DNA of 32,000 nt from Desulfocapsa sulfexigens DSM 10523 (GTDB lineage Bacteria > Desulfobacterota > Desulfobulbia > Desulfobulbales > Desulfocapsaceae): contig NC_020304.1 in NCBI RefSeq assembly GCF_000341395.1, positions 360,001-392,000 of the forward strand, in the 5' to 3' direction. Below are positions 17,742-27,904 of this stretch, piece after piece. The translations under genes were made by a program, and so were the position numbers. Each line of letters starts with the position of its first letter. The first letter of the stretch is position 1. The notes under the pieces were generated by a model, which was not told the origin of the DNA, made no database searches, and worked only from the letters and a program-made list of their open reading frames with translations.

Positions 17742-19172
17742 ATGCACATGTTAGCAAACAATAAAACCAAACTGGTCTGCACCATAGGCCCTGCCTCCGA
17801 TTCTCCTCGGATGCTCGAAAAAATGCTTGAAGCCGGGATGAATGTGGCCAGGCTCAATTTTTCCCATGGCGATTTTGCCAGCCATGGCGAAATCATACAA
17901 AGAATCAGGACCGCCTCCGAAAAAACAGGGAAACGAGTTGCCATCCTGGCCGATCTGCCCGGTCCCAAGATGCGCATCCTTGATCTGGCTGAAGAATTCG
18001 TCACCCTTGAAAAAGATGCCTCCTTTATCCTGACTGCAGAAGAAGTTATCGGAACTGCAGAACGGGTCGCAATGACCATGAAGGAGCTGCCAGCTGTGGT
18101 AAGAAAAGGAGATACCCTTTTTCTTAATGACGGATTGATTGAATTACGGGTTCAGAAAGTTCAAGGTGAAGATATCCACTGCACCGTAATTGTCGGCGGT
18201 AAACTCTGGCCGCGAAAGGGCCTGAATATCCCGGGAATTGACCTTGGCACCAGTGCCTTCACCGCCCACGACCGCGAGTGCATGCAGTTTGCCCTGGAAC
18301 ATGGCGTGGATGCTATTGGTCAGTCCTTTGTAAACACGGCTCAGGATGTACTGGATGTGCGTAAAGCCGCCGCTGAAATGGGTTTTGATCCCTTTATCGT
18401 TTCCAAAATAGAACGGGCCAGCGTCTGGGAAAACATCGATGGAATCCTTGAAGTTACAGACGGAGTCATGGTGGCCAGAGGCGACCTTGGTGTGGAAATA
18501 CCCATTGAAGAGATTGCAGTGGCCCAGAAGACAATCACAGCCAGGGCCAACCTGTTTGGCATCCCGGTAATCACCGCAACCCAGATGCTCGAATCCATGA
18601 CCGGGAACCGGAGACCCACCCGCGCTGAATCCACCGATGTCGCCAATGCGATCCTTGATGGTACCGACTGTGTTATGCTCTCTGAGGAATCTGCCATGGG
18701 CGACTACCCCCTGGAGGCCGTGCAGATGCTTGCCAAAATTGCAAGAGTCACGGAACCACACAGATTGCTGCATAACCACTTTGAATTCACATTAAAACCA
18801 CAGGCTACAGGATACACAGCCAGTACCGTTGACATGATAGCTATCTCCATTGAAAATATCTTTTCCCGGATCGATTCTCTGGCGGCTGTACTTGCCCCAA
18901 CACATAGTGGCCATATGGCCAGAGCCCTGACTCGTTTTCGTCTGCCGGTCTGGATTCTGGCAGTATCCACATCGGTCAAGACCTGCCGAGACCTGATGTT
19001 CTCCTATGGAGTACATCCAATACTGGAAAAGAAACGACCGGAAAACTGGACTAACACCGCCAGAAACTATATAAAAACATTCGGGTTAGAGGGAAACTGC
19101 ATGGTTAAAGCCGAGGGTCCCTCACCGGACCATCCGGACATTAACCATAAAATGGAAATCATCGAACTGTAA
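17742..19172 (+). CDS. pyk: Pyruvate kinase
   Basis: Motifs seen: TKLVCTIGPAS, MNVARLNFSHG, ILADLPGPKMR, MVARGDLGVEIP and TQMLESM. I placed the start at ATG 17742 (MHMLANNKTK). It lies downstream of the zwf stop with AAGGGA about 12 nt upstream. The ORF-track start at 17673 would overlap zwf by 50 nt. Confidence 0.93.
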   Translation: MHMLANNKTKLVCTIGPASDSPRMLEKMLEAGMNVARLNFSHGDFASHGEIIQRIRTASEKTGKRVAILADLPGPKMRILDLAEEFVTLEKDASFILTAEEVIGTAERVAMTMKELPAVVRKGDTLFLNDGLIELRVQKVQGEDIHCTVIVGGKLWPRKGLNIPGIDLGTSAFTAHDRECMQFALEHGVDAIGQSFVNTAQDVLDVRKAAAEMGFDPFIVSKIERASVWENIDGILEVTDGVMVARGDLGVEIPIEEIAVAQKTITARANLFGIPVITATQMLESMTGNRRPTRAESTDVANAILDGTDCVMLSEESAMGDYPLEAVQMLAKIARVTEPHRLLHNHFEFTLKPQATGYTASTVDMIAISIENIFSRIDSLAAVLAPTHSGHMARALTRFRLPVWILAVSTSVKTCRDLMFSYGVHPILEKKRPENWTNTARNYIKTFGLEGNCMVKAEGPSPDHPDINHKMEIIEL

Positions 19173-19182
19173 GCGTGCAACC

Positions 19183-20388
19183 ATGAAAATACTGGTATTA
19201 AATTCCGGTTCTTCCTCTCTCAAATTCCAGCTTTTCTTGAAGGAAGATCTTTCCGTGCTGGCCTCTGGGCTGGTGGAACAGATCGGCGACACCCAGAGCG
19301 GGGCCGAACTCACTTTTAATGATTCCTCGGGCCTGAAAAAAAATTTCAGCCGAAAACATTCAATAGCTGATCACCGTGATGCCATCCAGGTAATGTACGA
19401 GATGCTGGAGGAAAGCGGGACGCTTGTTAGCACAGGAGAGCTGGCAGGAATTGGACACCGGGTTGTCCATGGCGGAGAATCCTTCCATCTACCAGTCCGT
19501 ATTGACGCTCACGTCATTGCAGCCATCGAAGAGCTGATTCCTCTTGCCCCTCTCCATAATCCAGCTAATCTTACCGGAATCAGGGTAACCATGGAGCATG
19601 CGCCAAAAACTCCCCAGGTTGCTGTCTTTGATACAGCCTTCCATCAATCCATACCCGAGCATGCCTACCTTTACGCCCTTCCCTACAGTTTATACGAGAA
19701 ACAAAAAGTTCGACGTTACGGTTTTCACGGTACCTCCCATGGATATGTGGCACGACAGGCCGCAGGCCATCTCAAACGACACATTGAGGATTTGCACATT
19801 GTTACTCTTCATCTGGGAAACGGAGCCAGTGCCGCAGCCATCAGGGGTGGAGAATGCATTGACACCTCCATGGGGATGACACCGCTTGAAGGGCTGGTCA
19901 TGGGGACCCGCAGTGGTGATCTTGATCCGGCCATCCTCTTCTATCTCAACCGGGAAATACATATGGGCATGGACGAACTTGACGCCCTGCTCAACAAGGA
20001 GAGTGGTTTGAAGGGCATTTGCGGTGAAAACGACATGCGTAGTATCAGTGTTGCTGCGGAACAGGGAGACCGTCAGGCCAGACTTGCTCTTGGCATTTTC
20101 TGCTACCGCTTGAAGAAATATATCGGTGCCTATATGGCGGCTCTTGGCGGGGCGGACTGTATCGTGTTCACCGGGGGAATCGGAGAAAATTCGGCAATTG
20201 TTCGTGAATTGAGTTGTCAGGGGTTGGAACGACTGGGTATCTCTCTTGACAGGAAGAAAAACACTATCCGCCAAAAGGAGATCTTGGAAATCCACAGCGC
20301 TGACAGCCTGATCAACATTCTGGTCATCCCCACCGATGAAGAACATGAGATCGCCAGCCAGACCTTGGGGGTTATTACTTCTTCATAA
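19183..20388 (+). CDS. ackA: Acetate kinase
   Basis: Motifs seen: MKILVLNSGSSSLKFQLF, GHRVVHGG, HNP.N, RYGFHGTSH, FTGGIGENS and IPTDEE. Confidence 0.96.
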   Translation: MKILVLNSGSSSLKFQLFLKEDLSVLASGLVEQIGDTQSGAELTFNDSSGLKKNFSRKHSIADHRDAIQVMYEMLEESGTLVSTGELAGIGHRVVHGGESFHLPVRIDAHVIAAIEELIPLAPLHNPANLTGIRVTMEHAPKTPQVAVFDTAFHQSIPEHAYLYALPYSLYEKQKVRRYGFHGTSHGYVARQAAGHLKRHIEDLHIVTLHLGNGASAAAIRGGECIDTSMGMTPLEGLVMGTRSGDLDPAILFYLNREIHMGMDELDALLNKESGLKGICGENDMRSISVAAEQGDRQARLALGIFCYRLKKYIGAYMAALGGADCIVFTGGIGENSAIVRELSCQGLERLGISLDRKKNTIRQKEILEIHSADSLINILVIPTDEEHEIASQTLGVITSS

Positions 20389-20442
20389 GCAGCCCACGAG
20401 TGACCTGAGTAATGCTGGTTGATAGGTCTATCTTACCCCACA

Positions 20443-20480
20443 CCGGTTCAACGGAGGCAGCACGCCATCCGCTGAACCGG
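20443..20480. terminator. Hairpin between the convergent ackA and katG genes (possible bidirectional terminator, no U-tract)
   Basis: The arms are ccggttcaacgga and tccgctgaaccgg with a 12-nt loop, giving a 13-bp stem. It has one A-C mismatch in the plus-strand RNA and a G-U wobble in the minus-strand RNA. No flanking T-run is present on either strand. Confidence 0.35.
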
Positions 20481-20520
20481 CTAGTAATGATCATTGACCT
20501 CAAAGACGCCTATGCTGCAA

Positions 20521-22743
<2,223 letters not shown>

Positions 22744-22749
22744 TTAGGA

Positions 22750-22779
22750 GGGAACAACACTGACCACAGCGCTGTTCCC
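22750..22779 (-). other. Strong strand-specific RNA stem-loop between rbr (22808) and katG (22710)
   Basis: The minus-strand RNA reads GGGAACAGCGCUG-UGGU-CAGUGUUGUUCCC. This is a 13-bp stem including two G-U pairs, with a 4-nt loop. In the plus-strand RNA the two wobbles become A-C mismatches. No U-tract follows. Confidence 0.5.
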
Positions 22780-22807
22780 TTTCAGCTGTGCAGTCTCAGT
22801 ACATTCT

Positions 22808-23308
22808 CTATTGAATTTGTACGAAAACAGTTTTTTTTGCTCTACATACCGGGCAGTTCTCGGGAGGCTGACCAAACTCTATATAGCCACAGACTGGACA
22901 GAGATAAAAATTGACCTCATCAAGATCCTTGCCACTCTTTACTGCCTCAAGTGCCTTTTGGTAGAGCTCGGCATGAACGGCTTCTGCCTTTACTGCAAAA
23001 TTGAACATGCGTTTAGCTTTATGTCCCTCTTTCTCTGCCTGCTCAAGCATTGGTGGATACATATCAGTAAATTCATGTGTTTCACCACTTATCGCATCGT
23101 TAAGATTTTCAGCAGTTGATCCAACCTTTTCCAAGGCCTTCAAGTGGCCTTCTGCATGAATCCGTTCTGCTTCTGCTGTGGTTCTAAACAGCTTTGCAAT
23201 ATTAGCAAACCCTTCTTTTTCGGCCTTCGCGGCAAAAGCTCTGTATTTCATATTTGCCTGGCTTTCGCCGGCAAAGGCTTCCATAAGGTTTTCAGTTGTC
23301 GATCCCAT
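22808..23308 (-). CDS. rbr: Rubrerythrin (short form, 166 aa)
   Basis: Diiron four-helix motifs are present: ESQANMKY, EAERIHAEGH and EAVHAE. The C-terminal rubredoxin-like pair is CPVCGY...CPVC. SD GAGGTGG precedes the ATG. Confidence 0.92.
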   Translation of the reverse strand: MGSTTENLMEAFAGESQANMKYRAFAAKAEKEGFANIAKLFRTTAEAERIHAEGHLKALEKVGSTAENLNDAISGETHEFTDMYPPMLEQAEKEGHKAKRMFNFAVKAEAVHAELYQKALEAVKSGKDLDEVNFYLCPVCGYIEFGQPPENCPVCRAKKTVFVQIQ

Positions 23309-23365
23309 TATCCCACCTCGTTTAATTTAAAAAAGATTAATCATTTTTTTATGATAGTTGTGTTG

Positions 23366-23941
23366 TTACCAGTTTTCACCAAGTAGCTCAAAATGAGCCT
23401 GGCCGTGATCACAGGCCGGACATTTCTCAGGGGCCTCGTTCCCCCTGTGCAGGTAGCCGCAGTTGCGACAGCGCCAGGTAACATCCTCGTCCCGCAGAAA
23501 GACCTTGCCAGCTTTGATGTTTTCCATCAGGTCGCGGTAACGCTTTTCGTGTTGCTTCTCCGCCACGGCAATGGCCTCAAAAATAACCGCAATCTCTGCA
23601 AAACCTTCTTCCCTCGCAGTGGCTGCAAAGCCCGGGTACATAACGGTGTGCTCATAGTTCTCACCGCCAGCCGCCTCTGCAAGATTCTCCATGGTGCTCC
23701 CGATAACCCCGGCCGGAAAAGAACCTGATATTTCCACCTCTCCCCCTTCCAGAAGTTTGAACAGGCGCTTGGCATGTTCTTTTTCCTGGTCAGCGGTCTC
23801 CTCAAAAATATGGGAGATCTGGACGTAGCCTTCCTTCTTGGCCTTGGAGGCGAAGTAGGTATAGCGGTTACGTGCCTGAGATTCACCACAGAAGGCGGTG
23901 AGAATGTTCTTTTCAGTCTGGCTGTTCTTCAATAAACCCAT
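23366..23941 (-). CDS. rbr: Rubrerythrin (classical 191-aa form)
   Basis: Motifs seen: [37 protein letters not shown] and the C-terminal CRNCGY...CPAC. SD AAGGAGG precedes the ATG. Confidence 0.94.
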   Translation of the reverse strand: MGLLKNSQTEKNILTAFCGESQARNRYTYFASKAKKEGYVQISHIFEETADQEKEHAKRLFKLLEGGEVEISGSFPAGVIGSTMENLAEAAGGENYEHTVMYPGFAATAREEGFAEIAVIFEAIAVAEKQHEKRYRDLMENIKAGKVFLRDEDVTWRCRNCGYLHRGNEAPEKCPACDHGQAHFELLGENW

Positions 23942-24069
23942 CTGTTTTCCTCCTTTTGTTGTCTGCGTTTCTTAATCTTGCGATAAATTCACACCCAAAG
24001 AAGTGCAGTGTTGGTTTTGAGCAACAACATTTATTCAGTCAATTCGCCCCAATATCTATAGACACCTAA

Positions 24070-24086
24070 GTAAGAACAGTTCTTAC
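24070..24086 (-). promoter_or_regulatory. Perfect 17-bp palindrome GTAAGAAC-A-GTTCTTAC, candidate PerR operator upstream of rbr
   Basis: Read directly. It lies in the perR-rbr intergenic region, 9 nt upstream (minus strand) of a TATAGAT -10-like hexamer. It shares the core TAAGAA-N3-TTCTTA with the site at 24568-24584. Confidence 0.55.
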
Positions 24087-24104
24087 GGGAGGCGCAAAAA
24101 AAAA

Positions 24105-24557
24105 TTACTCCTTATTTTGCTCAAGACAGGTGTTGCAGAGCCCGTGCAGTTCCAGATGACGAGATCGTACCTTTCCAATACCAACAACCGTCTCAGGCAG
24201 GGTGGCCTTGTCAAAATCCGGCCAGTATATATCCTCGACCTTCCGACAACGATCACAGACAAAGTGGTGATGCTGTGTCAGATTGACGTCAAAAAGATTA
24301 CGCTTATTGGCAAGATGCAATTTTCTGGTAATACCTAATTCGTCGAAAGTGGCCAATGTACGATAGACGGTGTCCAGAGCTACAGTCGGTATCCTCTTCT
24401 GTAGACGAACATGTATATCCTCCGCTGAAGGGTGATCCGTAGCATTCATCAACTCCTTAAATATTTCAAGGCGTTGATGTGTGAGCTTAATACCGGCCTC
24501 TTCACAGATACTTCTGATCCGGTCAATACTCTTATTATTAAACCCCTGACGTTCCAT
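24105..24557 (-). CDS. perR: Fur-family transcriptional regulator, PerR-like peroxide sensor
   Basis: A winged-helix N-terminus is present (LTHQRLEIFKEL...HPSAEDI). The HHHFVCDRCRKVEDI and CNTC metal motifs are present. The PerR assignment rather than Fur or Zur rests on context (rbr, rbr, katG downstream), so it is an inference. Confidence 0.72.
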   Translation of the reverse strand: MERQGFNNKSIDRIRSICEEAGIKLTHQRLEIFKELMNATDHPSAEDIHVRLQKRIPTVALDTVYRTLATFDELGITRKLHLANKRNLFDVNLTQHHHFVCDRCRKVEDIYWPDFDKATLPETVVGIGKVRSRHLELHGLCNTCLEQNKE

Positions 24558-24567
24558 TGAGCAGCCA

Positions 24568-24584
24568 TTAAGAATTGTTCTTAA
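24568..24584 (-). promoter_or_regulatory. Palindrome TTAAGAA-TTG-TTCTTAA, candidate PerR auto-operator
   Basis: Read directly. It lies 10 nt upstream of the perR ATG and 7 nt downstream of the -10 element of the promoter at 24592-24618. It has the same TAAGAA-N3-TTCTTA core as 24070-24086. Confidence 0.55.
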
Positions 24585-24591
24585 CTAAGAT

Positions 24592-24618
24592 ACTATATCG
24601 AGACATGAACCATGTCAA
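24592..24618 (-). promoter_or_regulatory. Near-consensus sigma-70 promoter of perR (TTGACA-15 nt-TATAGT)
   Basis: The minus strand reads TTGACAtggttcatgtctcgaTATAGT. The -35 is at 24618-24613 and the -10 at 24597-24592. Confidence 0.5.
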
Positions 24619-24756
24619 GAAATATTTAAAGAAAGTTTGAATGGTGAAAGACTCAACTACTGATACCAAAGAACTTTAAATGAACGGCAGACATGACAGG
24701 TGACAACTATGCATCAGTCACTATAAACACTGCCGACTTCCCAATTTCATTCAATA

Positions 24757-27078
24757 TCAAGACAACAATTTCTCAAGACATCTTTCCATATTAAATAACT
24801 GAAATGGCTTGCTCAGAAAACCATCAGGTTTGTTTCCTTTACCTTCATTAAATGGTAAATCATCTTCAGAATATCCACTGCTCAACAAAATCGGCAAGGT
24901 CGGGTTGATTCCTCTAATTATATTCATGGCTTCAATACCATCTGTTTTGGGCATTGAAATGTCGAGTACAATTGCACAAAAATCAATATCATTTTTACTG
25001 ATTTTTTCTACAGCCTCTTGACCATCCATGGCTGTATGAACAGTAAACCCCAACAGTTCAAGCATTTGCCTTCCAACATCAAGAACCATCTCTTCATCAT
25101 CGGCAATGAGTATATTTCCAGATAACTGTACCGCTTCACTCTGGCAATCATCCGAGGGTATCATTTTCTGAGTTGGGGAAACGGAAGGTAGCAGTACCCT
25201 GACAGTTGTTCCCTGCCCACGAACACTCTCAATCGTTATTGCTCCGTGGTGTGACTGCATAACGCCTACGGTCAATGCGAGGCCAAGTCCTCTTCCAACA
25301 AATCTGGTGGTGAAAAACGGTTCAAAGATTCGTGACAAATCACGTGGCTCAACCCCATGGCCCGTATCTTTTATTTGGCAATATGTATAAACACCATCTT
25401 TAATGCTGTCATTTTGAAACGCCACAGGGAACAGATCCGTCGTAAAAAAATCAGTTCCAAATGATATCTGAATCGTCCCTACGCCACCATCCAATGCTTC
25501 AATGCCATTGGTTAATATGCTCTCTATTACCTCTTTGATCTGCTGCTGATCCATGGAACAGTAGAGCCGTTTTTCAGAAGGAGTGAACCGTAGAGCAATC
25601 GAAGGATGTAAGAGTGTTTGTAATGTAGTAACACTTTCTCTGACAAGTATATCGAGAGGAATATCCTGGCGTTTAAGCGGTCGTTGTCCTACGTAACTCA
25701 GCATCATAGAACCAACCTGAGATGCCCCACTAGCTGCCTTTGCGGCACTTGATGCCATCTCATACTCACTGGAGCCTGCGGGTAAGGTAAGAGTCATAAG
25801 CTCCAGATTACCCTGTACTACCATCATGGCATTATTAAAACGATGAGCAATTGCTCCCGCCATGGTCTTAAGACTTTGAAGTTTCCTTAATTGTTCCTTT
25901 TGTAAACTTGCTTCTAACTTCTGGTCCTCTTGGTTTTTTCTCTCCGTAATATCAATGGCAACTGACAAGCGCACAAGTTTTCCGTTTGCCCAGGGAATCG
26001 CCTGATCGTGCACTTCATACCATCTATTAACTCTATAGTTGTAAAGTTCCCATATATAAGGATCTGTTGAATTCCCATCATCATCTATCAGTTTATCATT
26101 TGTGCAGAATTCACAGGGGCCAGTCTTGTTTTTATGGATTGATTGCCAACAAATTTGGCCTGTCAGATCCTTTCCCCAAACGTTTGTCATGTAATCGTTC
26201 GTGTAAAGTATCTCACCAGAGTTAATATCGGTAATATAAATTGCTGCATCGAGATTGTTAAAAACAGCTTCAAGCTGAAGTTTACTATATTTCAGTGCTG
26301 CGTCTACTTTCTTTCGGTCTGTAACATCCCTGACAATTGATAGGGTATAGGGTGTACCCTTCACCATAAAAGAGTGGTCGCTGATCTCTACCTCAAGGTG
26401 CCTGCCATCCTTACACATGAGGGTGATTTCGAATATACAATTTCCACCCTTCTTTTTCTTTTCTTCTACAATCCCAGGAATCACAGACAATTTCTCTGGT
26501 ACAACAAGATTATCGGGAGAAAAGCTTAGAAGTTCCTCACTGCTATAACCAAGCATCTCTGATGCTTTCTGGTTTATCTTGATAAATTTTGATGGCATCC
26601 CATCCGGGGAAGTGTGATAAACAAAAATAGCGTCATTTGCACTTTCAAAGAGCATCCGGTAGTTTTCTTCACTTACTCGCAACGCATCCTCTGCCTGCTT
26701 GCGCTCGGAAATATCCCGTATAAAAGCAACAAATTGGTTTTCTGTTGCTAGAAAGGTTGTGCTGATTTCTACTTGAAAGGTACTACCGTCTTTTCTCCTG
26801 TGCACAGTTTCAAAACGAGCTGATCCCGTTGTTTGTATTTTATTAATTGAATTCGCTGTCTCATGAGCAGTCTCAAGCGCCTCTATATCGGAGATACTCA
26901 TGTTGAGCAGTTCAGCCTTACTGTATCCACTCATACCGCAATAGGTTGAATTAACGTCCAATAGCTTCCCGCACGTACTCACAAGCCAAAAACCATCCAG
27001 TGTCGTCTGAATGATATTATCATAAAAATCGTTACCAGCTTTTTGGTTAAACTCTTTACAAGGAGGTCGGTTTTCCAT
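24757..27078 (-). CDS. Hybrid sensor histidine kinase with three PAS domains, HisKA, HATPase_c and a C-terminal receiver
   Basis: No TM segment is evident, so it appears cytoplasmic. PAS-like repeats end in IRDISERK, VRDVTDRK and IDITERK. The H-box is AHRFNNAMMVVQGN. The G-box is GRGLGL. The receiver reads NILIADDEE...AIVLDISMPKTDG...SKPF. Confidence 0.9.
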   Translation of the reverse strand: MENRPPCKEFNQKAGNDFYDNIIQTTLDGFWLVSTCGKLLDVNSTYCGMSGYSKAELLNMSISDIEALETAHETANSINKIQTTGSARFETVHRRKDGSTFQVEISTTFLATENQFVAFIRDISERKQAEDALRVSEENYRMLFESANDAIFVYHTSPDGMPSKFIKINQKASEMLGYSSEELLSFSPDNLVVPEKLSVIPGIVEEKKKKGGNCIFEITLMCKDGRHLEVEISDHSFMVKGTPYTLSIVRDVTDRKKVDAALKYSKLQLEAVFNNLDAAIYITDINSGEILYTNDYMTNVWGKDLTGQICWQSIHKNKTGPCEFCTNDKLIDDDGNSTDPYIWELYNYRVNRWYEVHDQAIPWANGKLVRLSVAIDITERKNQEDQKLEASLQKEQLRKLQSLKTMAGAIAHRFNNAMMVVQGNLELMTLTLPAGSSEYEMASSAAKAASGASQVGSMMLSYVGQRPLKRQDIPLDILVRESVTTLQTLLHPSIALRFTPSEKRLYCSMDQQQIKEVIESILTNGIEALDGGVGTIQISFGTDFFTTDLFPVAFQNDSIKDGVYTYCQIKDTGHGVEPRDLSRIFEPFFTTRFVGRGLGLALTVGVMQSHHGAITIESVRGQGTTVRVLLPSVSPTQKMIPSDDCQSEAVQLSGNILIADDEEMVLDVGRQMLELLGFTVHTAMDGQEAVEKISKNDIDFCAIVLDISMPKTDGIEAMNIIRGINPTLPILLSSGYSEDDLPFNEGKGNKPDGFLSKPFQLFNMERCLEKLLS

Positions 27079-27323
27079 TTAGGGTTATTCCGTTTGCTTT
27101 ATCAAAGGCAATACAATCGTCCTCTGTGTTGATTCCTAATTCCTTATAAGACTAAGAACCGTTTTCTAAAACAATATCACAAAAGATGTTGAGTATGAAA
27201 TTGAAACGCAGATAGATGAGCAATAATGAGGAACGGGCAATAGAAAAAGAAATCCGCCGGAAACCTAATTTAGCCAAAAAACAGGATCTATTACGCATAC
27301 GCCCCGATTTCTTCCCCCCTCTC

Positions 27324-27337
27324 AAAAAAAAAAAAAA
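27324..27337. repeat. Homopolymeric A14 tract (T14 on the minus strand), preceded by a C6 run, in the kinase upstream region
   Basis: Read directly: cttcccccctctc + a x14 + cga. It lies about 250 nt upstream of the kinase start codon at 27078. Confidence 0.7.
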
Positions 27338-27471
27338 CGATTTGGTAGTAATAAAAACATGCCTCAAAGAAAATCCATATAGGTAGAATACGTATTTTGC
27401 AGAACAATTTCGTCTTCAGGGAATAATCTGTGTATGATCGACACTTAGGTTGGCAAATAGAATAAGGCGGC

Positions 27472-27507
27472 AAAAAAAAAGCGAGACTACCTTTTTGGTA
27501 GCCTCGC
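27472..27507 (-). terminator. Rho-independent terminator of glnK
   Basis: The minus-strand RNA reads GCGAGGCUACC-AAAAA-GGUAGUCUCGC followed by U9. This is an 11-bp stem with one G-U pair. It starts 26 nt after the glnK stop. Confidence 0.9.
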
Positions 27508-27533
27508 TTAGTAATGGACAGTATGACTCTGAA

Positions 27534-27884
<351 letters not shown>

Positions 27885-27904
27885 TCATTAAACTATTTGG
27901 CTAA

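Noticed and set aside
24096-24104. A T9 run (minus strand) immediately after the perR stop codon.
   Set aside because: No GC-rich hairpin precedes it in the perR 3' end, so it is not an intrinsic terminator. perR-rbr read-through remains possible.
27143-27159. A third, degenerate PerR-box-like sequence, TAAGAA-N5-TTCTAA, upstream of the hybrid kinase.
   Set aside because: The spacer is 5 nt rather than 3, and one half-site is imperfect. Altered half-site phasing usually abolishes binding by dimeric Fur-family proteins, so I noted it only as a possible weak site.
27152-27473. Small ORFs 27152-27367 (-) and 27291-27473 (-) in the long intergenic region.
   Set aside because: Their translations are dominated by homopolymer-derived FFFF and KKK runs. 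They lack SD sequences and overlap the glnK terminator. I consider them non-coding.
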